From a bacterium (GTDB lineage: Bacteria; Bacillota_I; Bacilli_A; Izemoplasmatales; Izemoplasmataceae), in NCBI GenBank assembly GCA_018400615.1, contig JAGYML010000001.1, positions 7,134 to 71,133 of the forward strand: a stretch of DNA of 64,000 nt. Direction: 5' to 3'. The translations under genes were made by a program, and so were the position numbers. The notes beneath the pieces were generated by a model that was not told where the DNA came from, did not search any database, and was given only the letters and a program-made list of their open reading frames with translations. Of the stretch, positions 24,952 to 35,805 are shown one piece after another; the stretch's first letter is position 1; every line of letters begins with the position of its first letter.

Positions 24952-27900
24952 ATGGCGACTAAAAAAGAGTTTCAGTCAATGGACGGGAACCAGGCAGCGG
25001 CACACGCAGCCTACGCGTTCACGGAAGTAGCGGGTATTTACCCGATTACGCCATCCTCACCCATGGCTGAACATACCGACCTTTGGGCATCACAAGGAAA
25101 GAAAAATCTTTTCGGCATGCCAGTGAAGGTCATTGAAATGCAATCAGAAGCAGGTGCGGCCGGTACGGTGCACGGATCGCTTCAGGCGGGTGCGCTCACT
25201 ACGACTTACACAGCATCCCAAGGGCTATTACTCAAATTGCCTAACATGTATAAAATTGCTGGGGAACTTCTCCCAGGCGTCATCCACGTGGCTTCAAGAA
25301 GTATTGCCGTACAGGCACTTTCAATCTTCGGAGACCACCAAGACGTTATGGCGACCCGTCAATCAGGGTTCGCAATGCTCGCATCAGGCTCAGTTCAACA
25401 AACAATGGATCTTGCAGGACTTGCGCATTTGACCGCAATCAAATCAAGCATTCCATTCATTCATTTCTTCGATGGGTTCCGTACTTCTCACGAAGTGAAC
25501 AAAATCGAAGTGATGGATTATGACGTATATGATCGTCTTGTTGACAGAGATGCCGTACGCAATTTCAAAAAACGTGCGCTCAACTCAGCCAACCCTGTAA
25601 CCCGTGGGTCTGCACAAAACGATGATGTTTACATGCAGGGACGCGAACTTCAGGAAAAATACTACAAAGCCATCCCTGACATCATGAATGACTATATGCA
25701 AGAAATCACCAAAGAGACCGGCCGCGAATATGCACCGTTCGTCTATTATGGTGATGAAAAAGCTGAAGACGTCGTTGTCGCAATGGGCTCCGTTACGGAA
25801 ACCATCCGTGAAACCGTCGATTACCTTAACAATGTAGAAGGCCGCAAAGTGGGACTTTTAAATGTCCATCTTTACCGTCCTTTCAGCATCGAATACTTCA
25901 TGAACGCCCTTCCTGACAACGTCAAACGCATCGCGGTACTCGACAGAACCAAGGAAAACGGTTCAGTCGGTGAACCGCTGTATCTTGACGTACGAAGCGT
26001 ATTCTACGGCAAAAAAGATGCCCCAGTGGTTATCGGAGGCCGTTATGGACTTTCAAGCAAAGACACCACACCTGCCCAAATCAAAGCGGTTTTTGACAAC
26101 CTTCAAGGTGAACAGAAAAACGGCTTCACGATCGGTATCAATGACGATGTGAACCACACATCCCTTGATGAGCAAGCGCCTATTTCCACCATCGATCCTT
26201 CAACCACTGAACTCCTGTTCTACGGATTTGGTAGTGACGGTACGGTCGGTGCGTCCAAAAACACCATCAAAATCATCGGTGACAACACCGATTTGTATGC
26301 ACAAGGCTACGCGGCGTATGACTCCCGCAAATCAGGTGGGGTTACGCGTTTCCACATGCGTTTCAGCGAACAGCCAATCAGAAGCACCTACTTTGTAAAC
26401 CATCCTCACTTCGTATCGTGCTCAAAAGATTCCTATCTTGAAAAATACGATATGATTGCCGGTATGCGTGATGGCGGTACTTTCCTTCTCAATACCGTAC
26501 GTCCTAAAGATGAAGTTGAAGACCTTCTTCCAAACAAAGTCAAGAAACAACTTGCGCAAAAAGGCGGAAAATTCTACATCATCAACGCCGTCAAACTTGC
26601 TGAGGAAATCGGACTTGGCGAACGCATCAACACCATCATGCAATCTGCCTTCTTCGCACTCAACGAACACATCGTAGGATACGACGAAGCACAGAAACTC
26701 ATGAAGGAATACGCTAAAAAAGCGTACGGCCGCAAAGGTGAAGAAATCGTCAACAAGAACTACCAGGCGATTGAAAAAGGTAAAGAAGGCCTTATTGAAA
26801 TCGAAGTAAAAGATTCCTGGAAAGACCTCAAAGTTGAATCAGAAGAAAACGAAAACGCAAAACCTGGTTTCGTCGCTGATATCGCTGAACCGGTCAACCA
26901 GCTTGAAGGTTACAGTCTTCCAACATCCGCTTTTGAAGATTATGCAGATGGCACTATGGAAAACGGCTCTACAGCCTATGAAAAACGCGGCGTGGCGAAC
27001 TACACACCACGTTGGAACCCTGAAACCTGTATCCAATGTAACCAATGTGCCTTCGCATGTCCTCACGGCGTCATCCGTCCATACCTTCTCACTGATGAAG
27101 AAATGGCCAACGCCCCTGAAGGCATGGCTACGCTTGATGCTCGCGGAAAAGGCATTGACGACCTCAAATACAAAATCCAGATTTCAACCCTTGACTGCAC
27201 AGGCTGCGGTGTTTGTGTCTCCGTATGTCCTGCGAAACCGGAAAAAGCACTTTCCATGCAGCCAATCGGTGAAGAAATCGCCAACGGCGAAATCGAAAAC
27301 GCCAAATACCTTTACAACGAAGTGTCTCCTAAAGACAACCTTGTCAAGAAAACCAATGCCAAAAACAGCCAGTTTGCCAAACCGCTCTTTGAATTCTCAG
27401 GCGCTTGTGCAGGCTGTGGTGAAACACCATACATCAAACTCGTCACCCAACTTTACGGTGAACGCATGATGATCGCCAATGCTACGGGTTGTTCTTCAAT
27501 CTACGGTGGATCATTCCCTGCTACACCTTACACTACCAACGACGACGGACGCGGTCCGGCATGGGCCAACAGCCTATTCGAAGACAACGCGGAATTCGGC
27601 TTCGGTATGCGTCATGGTCTTGAAACTCAACGGGACCACTTGCATTTCCTTTATGAAGAAAACAAGGACAAACTCCCTAAAGAACTTGCAGACCTCTTCG
27701 AATCATGGGTTGAAAACCGTGATGACGGTGACAAGACCCTTGAAATATCCAAACAGATGCGTCCAATGATCGATGAGCTTGAAGGCGACCTCGGCGAACA
27801 ATTCAAAGACCTCGCACCATTCATCGTCAAACAATCCAACTGGATTATCGGCGGAGACGGCTGGGCTTACGACATCGGCTTCGGTGGACTTGACCACGTT

Positions 27901-28509
27901 ATCGCTAGTGGTGAAGATGTCAATATTCTCGTACTCGATACCCAGGTTTATTCAAACACTGGTGGACAGTCATCCAAAGCGGCTGGTAAAGGTTCAATCG
28001 CCGCATTCACCGCTTCTGGTAAAACCGGCAACCAAAAAGACCTTGCGTCTATGGCCATGACTTATGGTCACGTGTATGTCGCTCAAGTGTCACACGGCGC
28101 GTCACAACAACAAGTGCTTAAAGCCATTCGCGAGGCTGAGGCGTATCCAGGACCAAGTATCGTGATCGGATACAGCCCATGTATCGCCCACAAAATCAAA
28201 GGTGGTCTCACCAACTCTGCGAACCAGGCGAAACTCGCGGTTCAATCAGGCTACTGGCCAACCTTCCGTTTCGACCCACGCCTTGAAGACGAAGGAAAGA
28301 ATCCTTTCCAACTCGACTCCAAAGCGCCTAAGTGGGAGAAATACGATGAGTTCCTCATGAACGAAGCCCGCTATTCACAGCTCAAAGACATCAACCCTAA
28401 AAAAGCGGACGAACTTCTAGAGGCCAACAAGCAAGCTGCAAAACGCCGCTACAGACGTTACAAGCGTTATGAAGCGATGGATTACTCACAAGAAGGCGAA
28501 CAAGAATAA
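24952..28509 (+). CDS. nifJ: Pyruvate:ferredoxin (flavodoxin) oxidoreductase, single-polypeptide type
   Basis: ~1185 aa. 'DGNQAAAHAAYAF', two ferredoxin motifs 'CIQCNQCAFACPH' and 'CTGCGVCVSVCP', and the TPP region 'GGDGWAYDIGFGGLDH'. The ATG at 24952 follows ggagg. Confidence 0.95.
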   Translation: MATKKEFQSMDGNQAAAHAAYAFTEVAGIYPITPSSPMAEHTDLWASQGKKNLFGMPVKVIEMQSEAGAAGTVHGSLQAGALTTTYTASQGLLLKLPNMYKIAGELLPGVIHVASRSIAVQALSIFGDHQDVMATRQSGFAMLASGSVQQTMDLAGLAHLTAIKSSIPFIHFFDGFRTSHEVNKIEVMDYDVYDRLVDRDAVRNFKKRALNSANPVTRGSAQNDDVYMQGRELQEKYYKAIPDIMNDYMQEITKETGREYAPFVYYGDEKAEDVVVAMGSVTETIRETVDYLNNVEGRKVGLLNVHLYRPFSIEYFMNALPDNVKRIAVLDRTKENGSVGEPLYLDVRSVFYGKKDAPVVIGGRYGLSSKDTTPAQIKAVFDNLQGEQKNGFTIGINDDVNHTSLDEQAPISTIDPSTTELLFYGFGSDGTVGASKNTIKIIGDNTDLYAQGYAAYDSRKSGGVTRFHMRFSEQPIRSTYFVNHPHFVSCSKDSYLEKYDMIAGMRDGGTFLLNTVRPKDEVEDLLPNKVKKQLAQKGGKFYIINAVKLAEEIGLGERINTIMQSAFFALNEHIVGYDEAQKLMKEYAKKAYGRKGEEIVNKNYQAIEKGKEGLIEIEVKDSWKDLKVESEENENAKPGFVADIAEPVNQLEGYSLPTSAFEDYADGTMENGSTAYEKRGVANYTPRWNPETCIQCNQCAFACPHGVIRPYLLTDEEMANAPEGMATLDARGKGIDDLKYKIQISTLDCTGCGVCVSVCPAKPEKALSMQPIGEEIANGEIENAKYLYNEVSPKDNLVKKTNAKNSQFAKPLFEFSGACAGCGETPYIKLVTQLYGERMMIANATGCSSIYGGSFPATPYTTNDDGRGPAWANSLFEDNAEFGFGMRHGLETQRDHLHFLYEENKDKLPKELADLFESWVENRDDGDKTLEISKQMRPMIDELEGDLGEQFKDLAPFIVKQSNWIIGGDGWAYDIGFGGLDHVIASGEDVNILVLDTQVYSNTGGQSSKAAGKGSIAAFTASGKTGNQKDLASMAMTYGHVYVAQVSHGASQQQVLKAIREAEAYPGPSIVIGYSPCIAHKIKGGLTNSANQAKLAVQSGYWPTFRFDPRLEDEGKNPFQLDSKAPKWEKYDEFLMNEARYSQLKDINPKKADELLEANKQAAKRRYRRYKRYEAMDYSQEGEQE

Positions 28510-28516
28510 CCTTTCA

Positions 28517-28545
28517 AGAGGGTGCTCAGGCACCCTCTTTTTTTG
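28517..28545 (+). terminator. Intrinsic terminator after nifJ
   Basis: 9-bp stem agagggtgc / gcaccctct with a 4-nt loop and a T7 run. Confidence 0.85.
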
Positions 28546-28577
28546 CGCTTAAAATGAGAACGCCTTGTGAGGAGGAC

Positions 28578-28606
28578 TTGCATTTTCAATGCCAAACATG
28601 TATAAT
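28578..28606 (+). promoter_or_regulatory. Putative mgtC promoter
   Basis: TTGCAT (28578-28583), a 17-nt spacer, then TATAAT (28601-28606). Confidence 0.55.
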
Positions 28607-28663
28607 ATATAGATATCATTTGCACTCAAAGGGTATGTGCACGCTTTCAGAAAGAGGGATAGT

Positions 28664-29164
28664 ATGGGTATGAATCCAGACGTAAATCTAGTCTATATAT
28701 TGCAAGCCATCGGTCTTACTATTTTATTTGTGGGGCTTATCGGCTTTGAACGTCAACGCAGAAACAAAATCGCGGGTCTCACTACCCACTTGCTCGTGGC
28801 GCTTGGGGCAGTAGGCCTCACCATCGTCCAGCAAACCATGGTTCAGGACCTATTCCAATTCATAGAAGAAAATCCGCAATTTGCACAAGACTCCGGATTT
28901 GAAGTCGCCTTTCAACATCAGCGACAACGGATTGTGGCGCAGATTGTGAGCGGAATCGGCTTCCTGGGAACCGGGGCCATCCTTAAAACAAACGGCTACA
29001 TCAGCGGACTTACCACTGCGTCCACGTTGTGGATCAGTGCCATTATCGGCATTATCTTCGGGTATGGGATGTTCACCCTTGGAATCACGCTCTCTCTCTC
29101 AATCCTATTCGTGCTTACCATCATCAAAAACGTCATCAGGCACAATGTCGAAGACCATAACTAA
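28664..29164 (+). CDS. mgtC: MgtC/SapB family membrane protein
   Basis: 'GLTTHLLVALGAV', 'VSGIGFLGTGAILK' and 'GLTTASTLWISA'. The ATG at 28664 follows agaggga. Confidence 0.85.
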   Translation: MGMNPDVNLVYILQAIGLTILFVGLIGFERQRRNKIAGLTTHLLVALGAVGLTIVQQTMVQDLFQFIEENPQFAQDSGFEVAFQHQRQRIVAQIVSGIGFLGTGAILKTNGYISGLTTASTLWISAIIGIIFGYGMFTLGITLSLSILFVLTIIKNVIRHNVEDHN

Positions 29165-29168
29165 CCAT

Positions 29169-29197
29169 AAAAAAAAGCCCAAAACGGGCTTTTTTTA
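29169..29197. terminator. Bidirectional intrinsic terminator
   Basis: aaaaaaaagcccaaaacgggcttttttt between convergent genes. Confidence 0.7.
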
Positions 29198-30574
29198 TTG
29201 ACTGATGATCGATTGAGCTGCAATCTGTCCCATGACAAGACAATCCGTCAGTCCCAGACTGCCCAGGCGAGAAGCCCCGTGGACGCCTCCTGTGACTTCA
29301 CCTGCCGCATAAAGCCCGGGAATAGGGGTTCCATCCTTTTTAAGCACACGCGCTGAGGCATCGATGCTGAGGCCGCCCATGGTGTAGTGGACTTTCGGCC
29401 AGACACGCATGGCGTAATAAGGTGGCGTTTCAATCGGGGTGGCATCGTCCAGAGGTTTCGCAAAATCTTTGTCTTCGTTGTGCCATACGAAGTCGTTGAA
29501 GCGTGTCACAGTCTTTTCAAGGGAAGGCGCGTCAAGCCCATAATTTTCACTGAGGGATTTCAGCCCTTCAAAGGTTTTGACAACGCCTTTTTTCAAGGCT
29601 TTTTCCAGATTCATATTGGCCTCTTTTACCGCTCGCGTGTCAGCGAGCGCAATCACTGGATGGCCCACTTTCAAAATAGCGTTTGAAATGGTTTTGCGAT
29701 CTGCGAGTTCGTTGGTAAAGCGTTTCGACGTATCGGGATCCACGAGTATGCCCCTTTGAAGGGCAATGTAATCCGCAAACTTCGGTCCGTCCCCAAAACC
29801 TTTTTCATCAGGGGATGTCCAGGGTGCGAGACTGATGCGATCAAGGTCTTTGGTGTCTGCGCCATGTTTGATGGCGGATTTCAGCACTTCAGCAGTCGCA
29901 GACGCGATATTGGTCGTGTCAATCGAGGCGTCCAACAAGGCATCCTGTTTTTCTCTGAACGTGGTATCCGCCCCAAAACCTCCACTTGTGAGGATGACGC
30001 CTTTTTTGGCTTTGTATAGGGTTTCCTTCTCTGGTAAGGCTTTATTGAATGCATAGGGATGATAGGCCTTGACGCCTGTTATACTCATTGTTTCATCACT
30101 CAACAGGTCACTGACGTAGGTTTTGGTTTTCAAAACGCCTCCCATTTCAAGGAAGGTTTCTTCAGCCATCTTGATCATGGTACGTCCACTCAGTGCTTGG
30201 GGTGTGTAACATCTTGGGACACTGTGGCCCCCGAAAATATCGACTCTGTCCATGTAGGGGACTCCGATGGACTTCGTCCATTCATAGCCCTCTTTGGCGT
30301 GTTTGGTGATGGTATCCACCAGGGCTTCGTCATTCAAGCCCTTGCCAGCGTTTAACATGTCCGCTTTCATCGCTTCTATGGAATCTTCAATGCCTCTGGC
30401 TTTTTGCAAATCCGTCTCGGGTGCCGCGATGCCTCCATCGCTTAGCCACGTGTTGCCACCGGACTTATTCATTTTCTCAAGTATGAGGGTGCTAAGGCCA
30501 TGACTTCTGCATTCAATTCCGGCTCTCAGTCCTGCGATACCACTGCCTACAATTATCACATCATATGGTTTCAT
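29195..30574 (-). CDS. FAD-dependent flavocytochrome-c-type reductase flavoprotein (fumarate/urocanate reductase family), no signal peptide
   Basis: N-terminal 'YDVIIVGSGIAGLRAG', 'HYTMGGLSID' and 'GLYAAGEVTGGVHGASRLG'. The ATG at 30574 has RBS aagaggtga. Confidence 0.8.
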   Translation of the reverse strand: MKPYDVIIVGSGIAGLRAGIECRSHGLSTLILEKMNKSGGNTWLSDGGIAAPETDLQKARGIEDSIEAMKADMLNAGKGLNDEALVDTITKHAKEGYEWTKSIGVPYMDRVDIFGGHSVPRCYTPQALSGRTMIKMAEETFLEMGGVLKTKTYVSDLLSDETMSITGVKAYHPYAFNKALPEKETLYKAKKGVILTSGGFGADTTFREKQDALLDASIDTTNIASATAEVLKSAIKHGADTKDLDRISLAPWTSPDEKGFGDGPKFADYIALQRGILVDPDTSKRFTNELADRKTISNAILKVGHPVIALADTRAVKEANMNLEKALKKGVVKTFEGLKSLSENYGLDAPSLEKTVTRFNDFVWHNEDKDFAKPLDDATPIETPPYYAMRVWPKVHYTMGGLSIDASARVLKKDGTPIPGLYAAGEVTGGVHGASRLGSLGLTDCLVMGQIAAQSIISQ

Positions 30575-30717
30575 ACACTCACCTCTTGAATTCATCATAG
30601 CATTATTGTGAAGCATAGCCAATGAATTCCAGTGTGTGCGCTTAAAAAATAGTCATATCATTAGCAAAATAAAGCGAAATCCTTTAAAATGATGATTGAG
30701 TTTAAGGAGGTAAATTT

Positions 30718-31548
30718 ATGGCTACATTGGAAATTAAGAATTTGCACGCAAGTGTGAATGACATAGAAATATTGAAAGGCATCAACCTTACCATAAAAGG
30801 TGGCGAGACCCATGCCATCATGGGCCCCAACGGTACAGGGAAATCAACCCTTGCCAGTGTGATTATGGGTCACCCCAGATACAGTGTGACACAAGGCACC
30901 ATCACCCTTGATGGAGCGGACGTGCTATCGATGAGTACTGATGAACGTGCCCGAGCCGGGCTCTTTTTAGGTATGCAAGCGCCTGCGGAAGTACCGGGTG
31001 TGACCAACAGTGACTTCATCAAGACGGCCATCAACGCCAAAAGAGAAGATGGTAGCAGCGTACCGCTATTCAAATTCATTCGTGAGTATGACAAGGCGGT
31101 CCAGGACCTAAAGATGCGTGAAGACCTGCCACACAGATTTTTAAACGACGGGTTTTCAGGTGGCGAGAAGAAAAGGAACGAGATCTTACAGATGAGGATG
31201 CTCAAACCAAGCATCGCGATTCTGGATGAAATAGACAGTGGACTCGATGTGGATGCCCTCAAGGTGGTTGGAGAAAACGTGACCGGCATGAAAAATGATG
31301 ACCTTGGCTTGCTGCTCATTACCCACTACCAAAGATTGCTTGATTACATTACTGCCGACAACGTCCATGTCATGATGCAGGGAAAAATCGTGAAGAGCGG
31401 CGGAAGCGACCTTATGGAAACGATTGACCAAGACGGGTATGACTGGATTAAAGAAGAGCTTGGCATTGAAGACGAAAAAGTCGTACCGGATGAAGACGAA
31501 GAGCCGGTATTGCTTGAATCCTGTGCAACCAAAGAGGCAACCAAGTAA
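30718..31548 (+). CDS. sufC: Fe-S cluster assembly ATPase SufC
   Basis: 'GPNGTGKSTL', 'FSGGEKKRNEILQ', 'ILDEIDSGLD' and 'ITHY'. It has an acidic C-terminal extension. Confidence 0.95.
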   Translation: MATLEIKNLHASVNDIEILKGINLTIKGGETHAIMGPNGTGKSTLASVIMGHPRYSVTQGTITLDGADVLSMSTDERARAGLFLGMQAPAEVPGVTNSDFIKTAINAKREDGSSVPLFKFIREYDKAVQDLKMREDLPHRFLNDGFSGGEKKRNEILQMRMLKPSIAILDEIDSGLDVDALKVVGENVTGMKNDDLGLLLITHYQRLLDYITADNVHVMMQGKIVKSGGSDLMETIDQDGYDWIKEELGIEDEKVVPDEDEEPVLLESCATKEATK

Positions 31549-31550
31549 CC

Positions 31551-32615
31551 ATGCCTTCTTTGGAGCGTGAACTTGCGAACGCGTTACCCAAGTCCCTGCA
31601 TACACTGCTTGGGTCGCTTAAGGACGTACTGGTTTTCAAAAACGGAGAACTGCTAGGCAAACACCCTGAAACCTCAGGGCTCACCATTACGGTGGACAGC
31701 GATGTTACCCTCGACGATAAAGCCCTGATCAACAATTTCGATAAGACCAACACCTTTACAGAAGAAAATCTCAAAGGGGCCCAAACACTTAGAATCCATG
31801 TGGCAAAGGGTGTCAAAATCAAAGACCCCTTGCACCTGTTCTTTTCACAAAACCGTGCAAGCACCCTCGACCGTTTGACCGTCATACTCGAAGAGGGCGC
31901 AGAACTTTCACTCTTTGAGTATTTGGAAAACACTACACCCTCTGCTGTGAACTATCTATCAAACACCCGTGTCAAAAAGGGTGCAAATCTGACGTATACA
32001 GCCGTCGCAAACAACCATGCAGACAGTGCGACTGGCATCACGCGCAATGCCTGGGTTGACGGCTTGGCGGATGCCACCTACACACTGGCTGAATTCGGAG
32101 ATGGAAAAACCGCGCATGACACTACGTTGGAACTCAAAGCGCCCGGTGCCAGAGGCACGGTGTCCATCGTAGCCCTGACCAACAACAAACAGGAAGTCGT
32201 GGTCAAGACACTGATTGATCACCAAGCACGCAATACCGAAGGCCACATCAACCATCTCGGAGTGGCGAGTGACGAAAGTTTCCTCATATTCGAAGGCACT
32301 GGTAAAATCGGCAAAGGCTTCAAAGGAAGCATTGCCAGACAAAACAACAATGGCCTTCTGATGAGTCCAAACGCAAGACTGGATGCCAATCCGTTCTTGC
32401 TTATTGACGAGTTCGATGTCGAAGCCTCCCACGGCGCCGCTATCGGTCAGATAGATGAGGATCAGCTTTATTATCTTATGAGCCGAGGGCTCACAAGAAA
32501 AAGTGCGGAAGAACTTATCATTCACGGATTTTTGGCACCGTTTCAAAAAGCCCTTGATGATGAAACACTGAACGAACACCTGAGAACCCTGCTTGAGAAA
32601 AAAACCCAAAGATAG
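31551..32615 (+). CDS. sufD: Fe-S cluster assembly protein SufD
   Basis: It sits between sufC and sufS. The C-terminal 'DANPFLLIDEFDVEASHGAAIGQIDEDQLYYLMSRGL' is SufB/D-type. Confidence 0.85.
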   Translation: MPSLERELANALPKSLHTLLGSLKDVLVFKNGELLGKHPETSGLTITVDSDVTLDDKALINNFDKTNTFTEENLKGAQTLRIHVAKGVKIKDPLHLFFSQNRASTLDRLTVILEEGAELSLFEYLENTTPSAVNYLSNTRVKKGANLTYTAVANNHADSATGITRNAWVDGLADATYTLAEFGDGKTAHDTTLELKAPGARGTVSIVALTNNKQEVVVKTLIDHQARNTEGHINHLGVASDESFLIFEGTGKIGKGFKGSIARQNNNGLLMSPNARLDANPFLLIDEFDVEASHGAAIGQIDEDQLYYLMSRGLTRKSAEELIIHGFLAPFQKALDDETLNEHLRTLLEKKTQR

Positions 32616-32626
32616 GTGGTCAAAGC

Positions 32627-33832
32627 ATGAAACCCCTTAATTTGAAAAAAGATTTTCCGGTTTTTAATGAAGGGCCACTCGTATACCTTGATACGGCGGC
32701 TTCATCTCTCACGCCAACGCGAGTGATTGAAGCAATGGATACTTACTACAAAACCATGCCTGTCAATGTACACCGTGGCGTGTATCAAATGAGCTACAAC
32801 GCCACAAGAAAATATGAAGACGCAAGAGAAAACATTGCCAATTTCATCAATGCGGATTTTGAAGAAATTGTCTTTACAAGGGGCGCTTCCAGTGCCCTCA
32901 ATATGATTGCCAGGATCTATGAACCATTTATTGATGAAACCGATGAAATCATCGTCAGTGAAATCGAGCACCATTCGCACCTGCTTCCCTGGCAACAAGT
33001 TGCCAGAAGAACCGGCGCAAAACTCGTTTATGTGCCACTCACAAAAGCGGGCAGGATTACCGTGGACAACTTCAAGAAAGTGCTGAATGAAAATACGAAA
33101 ATTGTGGCACTTACCGCAGTCAGCAATGTCCTCGGCTACAAAACCCCTCTTGAAGAGATCATAGATTTAACCCATCAATCCGGAGCCATCATCAGTATAG
33201 ACGCAGCGCAAGGCGTGCCCCACGAAGTGGTGGATGTCAAAAAACTGGATTGTGACTTTTTAGCTTTCTCAGGCCATAAGATGCTTGGGCCTACAGGCGT
33301 GGGCGTACTTTATGGCAAGAAGGCCTTGCTTGACACCCTTGAACCACTCGAATACGGGGGTGACATGGTGGATTATGCTTACAAGGAAAACGCCACCTGG
33401 AAAGACGCCCCTTACAAGTTTGAAACGGGCACCCCGCCGATTGCGGAAGTTATTGGCCTCAGTGAAGCCATCAATTATCTTCGCTCTATCGGTATGGATA
33501 GAGTTAAAGCCCATGAATCGATGCTTCAGACCTATGCGCTTGAAGCCCTTGATAAACTTGAGGGTGTCACCATCTACAACCCCACAAGCGAAACCGGCAT
33601 CATCGCGTTCAATATTGATGATGTGCATCCCCATGACGCAGTGACCTTCTTTGATGAAGACCACATCGCTTTAAGAGCGGGGCACCATTGCGCTCAGCTC
33701 GTCATGGCATTCTTAAATGTTCCAGCCACACTCAGGGCATCTTTTTACATATACAATACCAAAGACGATGTGGACGCTTTTGTGAAAAGTCTAAAAGAAG
33801 CGCGCAATTTCTTCACATCGGTCGGCTTTTAG
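32627..33832 (+). CDS. sufS: Cysteine desulfurase SufS
   Basis: 'FSGHKMLGPTGVGVLYG' (PLP Lys) and 'LRAGHHCAQ' (catalytic Cys). Confidence 0.95.
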   Translation: MKPLNLKKDFPVFNEGPLVYLDTAASSLTPTRVIEAMDTYYKTMPVNVHRGVYQMSYNATRKYEDARENIANFINADFEEIVFTRGASSALNMIARIYEPFIDETDEIIVSEIEHHSHLLPWQQVARRTGAKLVYVPLTKAGRITVDNFKKVLNENTKIVALTAVSNVLGYKTPLEEIIDLTHQSGAIISIDAAQGVPHEVVDVKKLDCDFLAFSGHKMLGPTGVGVLYGKKALLDTLEPLEYGGDMVDYAYKENATWKDAPYKFETGTPPIAEVIGLSEAINYLRSIGMDRVKAHESMLQTYALEALDKLEGVTIYNPTSETGIIAFNIDDVHPHDAVTFFDEDHIALRAGHHCAQLVMAFLNVPATLRASFYIYNTKDDVDAFVKSLKEARNFFTSVGF

Positions 33833-33841
33833 GAGGCAGTC

Positions 33842-34264
33842 ATGAAAAAACTTGAACAGCTTTACCGCCAAATCATCATGGATCACTACAAAAATCCCAG
33901 AAACAAAGGCCTCAAAGATGATGAGGACTACCAGAGCGAGCACATCAAGAATCCGAGTTGTGGTGATGATATTACCATCCAGACCAAAGTCGAAGACGGC
34001 ATCGTCACAGACATCCGTCACGAAGGCAGTGGCTGCAGCATCTGTTGTTCTTCAGCCAGTGTTTTAAGTGAACTCCTGAAAGGCAAAACCGTAGAAGAAG
34101 CCGAACATATCGCAGAGAACTATCTGCTCATGCTCATGGACAAGGACTACGATGAATCCATCGACTTCGAAGACGCAGTCGCTTACCAGGGCGTCAAGCA
34201 GTTCCCCGCCCGTATCAAATGCGCGACCATTGCATTCAAAGCATTTCAAAACACACTTAAATAG
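33842..34264 (+). CDS. sufU: Sulfur-transfer/scaffold protein SufU
   Basis: '[10 protein letters not shown]', '[12 protein letters not shown]' and 'RIKCATIAF'. Confidence 0.9.
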   Translation: MKKLEQLYRQIIMDHYKNPRNKGLKDDEDYQSEHIKNPSCGDDITIQTKVEDGIVTDIRHEGSGCSICCSSASVLSELLKGKTVEEAEHIAENYLLMLMDKDYDESIDFEDAVAYQGVKQFPARIKCATIAFKAFQNTLK

Positions 34265-34275
34265 TAGGTGAAACC

Positions 34276-35685
34276 ATGGACGATACAAAAAAAGAAATTG
34301 AACGGATCATTGGGGATTACAAGTACGGTTTCAAAACCGAAACCAAATCCGTATACGATACAGGCAAAGGCCTCACTGAAGATATCATCAGAGACATCTC
34401 ACGCATCAAGAATGAACCCAAGTGGATGCTCGATTTTCGTCTTCAGGGCTATGAAAACTTCAAAACCATCCCGAACCCGAAATGGGGGCCGGACTTATCC
34501 GGCATCAAATTCGATGAAATCACTTATTACGTCAAACCCTCTGAGAGAAGCGAAACCTCCTGGGATGAAGTCCCTGACGAGATCAAGGACACATTCGAAA
34601 AACTCGGGATTCCTGAGGCCGAACGTGAATTTCTAGCCGGCGTGGGGGCTCAGTTCGAAAGCGAAGTGGTCTACCATTCCACGCTTGAAGAACTCGAGAA
34701 AAAAGGTGTCATCTTTACAGACACCGACACCGCCTTGAGAGAATACCCTGAACTTCTAAAAGAATACCTCGCCCAAGCCGTCCCGAATGATGACAACCGC
34801 TACGCCGCCCTCAACAGCGCCGTATGGAGCGGTGGCTCTTTCATATACGTCCCCAAAGGCGTGCATCTTGAGAAGCCCTTGCAATCCTATTTCCGTATCA
34901 ACAGCGAACAGATGGGTCAGTTTGAAAGAACGCTCATCATCGTGGATGAAGGCGCAAGTTTGCACTACGTCGAAGGCTGCACGGCTCCGATTTACACCAA
35001 AAATTCCCTTCACGCAGCCGCAGTTGAAATATTCGTGAAGAAAGGCGGACATTGCCGCTACACCACCATTCAAAACTGGGCCGCAAATGTTATCAACCTC
35101 GTGACCAAACGGGCCATCGTAGAAGAAGATGCCCACATGGAATGGGTGGATGGCAACATCGGAAGCGGCATCAACATGAAATACCCTGCCTCCATTCTTA
35201 AAGGTGACCGTGCCAAGGGCACCACCATCTCAATCGCCTTTGCCGGGAAAAACATGCACCAGGATACGGGTGCGAAAATGGTCCATATCGGCAAGGACAC
35301 CACCAGCTCAATCACATCGAAATCGATGAGTGCAAAGGGTGGTAAAGTCAACTACCGCGGACTCATTCATCATACCAAAGGCGCAACCGGTGCCAAAAGC
35401 AACGTGGAATGCGACACCATCATCCTCGACGAAGAAAGCACGAGCGACACGTTGCCTTACAACATTGTCAAAAACAATGGGGCTCAGGTTCAACACGAAG
35501 CGAGCGTCTCAAAAGTGAGCGAAGAACAGCTCTTTTATCTCATGAGTCGCGGACTCACTGAAGCCGAAGCCACTGAGATGATCATCATGGGGTTCATCGA
35601 ACCATTCGCAAAAGAACTGCCTATGGAATACGCAGTGGAACTCAATCAACTCATCAAACTGGAAATGGAAGGGTCCATCGGGTAA
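34276..35685 (+). CDS. sufB: Fe-S cluster assembly protein SufB
   Basis: 'YKYGF', 'HYVEGCTAP', '[21 protein letters not shown]' and '[10 protein letters not shown]'. Confidence 0.95.
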   Translation: MDDTKKEIERIIGDYKYGFKTETKSVYDTGKGLTEDIIRDISRIKNEPKWMLDFRLQGYENFKTIPNPKWGPDLSGIKFDEITYYVKPSERSETSWDEVPDEIKDTFEKLGIPEAEREFLAGVGAQFESEVVYHSTLEELEKKGVIFTDTDTALREYPELLKEYLAQAVPNDDNRYAALNSAVWSGGSFIYVPKGVHLEKPLQSYFRINSEQMGQFERTLIIVDEGASLHYVEGCTAPIYTKNSLHAAAVEIFVKKGGHCRYTTIQNWAANVINLVTKRAIVEEDAHMEWVDGNIGSGINMKYPASILKGDRAKGTTISIAFAGKNMHQDTGAKMVHIGKDTTSSITSKSMSAKGGKVNYRGLIHHTKGATGAKSNVECDTIILDEESTSDTLPYNIVKNNGAQVQHEASVSKVSEEQLFYLMSRGLTEAEATEMIIMGFIEPFAKELPMEYAVELNQLIKLEMEGSIG

Positions 35686-35706
35686 TATACCCGGACCCTT
35701 TTTTCT
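35671..35706 (+). terminator. Putative intrinsic terminator overlapping the sufB stop
   Basis: gggtcc..cgggta ata tacccg gaccc followed by a T-run (35699-35705). Confidence 0.6.
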
Positions 35707-35805
35707 TGAACATTTGAACAAACTGGTCTGTTTGCTTTTTAAAACCCACCCTTTACGTTATAATGTATTTAGATGTTTAAACTTTAGAAAAAGAGGTAGA
35801 TACCT

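Noticed and set aside
26834-27469. 211-aa alternative-frame ORF within nifJ
   Set aside because: It is on the same strand but out of frame with an unambiguous PFOR. The sequence is low-complexity and Ser/Thr/Lys-rich.
28554-28676. 40-codon Cys-rich small ORF (MRTPCEEDLHFQCQTC...) upstream of mgtC, considered as a leader peptide
   Set aside because: It has no RBS. It spans the predicted -35 and -10 of the mgtC promoter, so it would not be on the transcript. I also saw no M-box-like riboswitch features.
31959-32609. 216-aa minus-strand ORF inside sufD (also 31448-31933 and 31186-31605 opposite sufC/sufD)
   Set aside because: These are shadow ORFs opposite a conserved sufCDSUB operon. No motifs are present.
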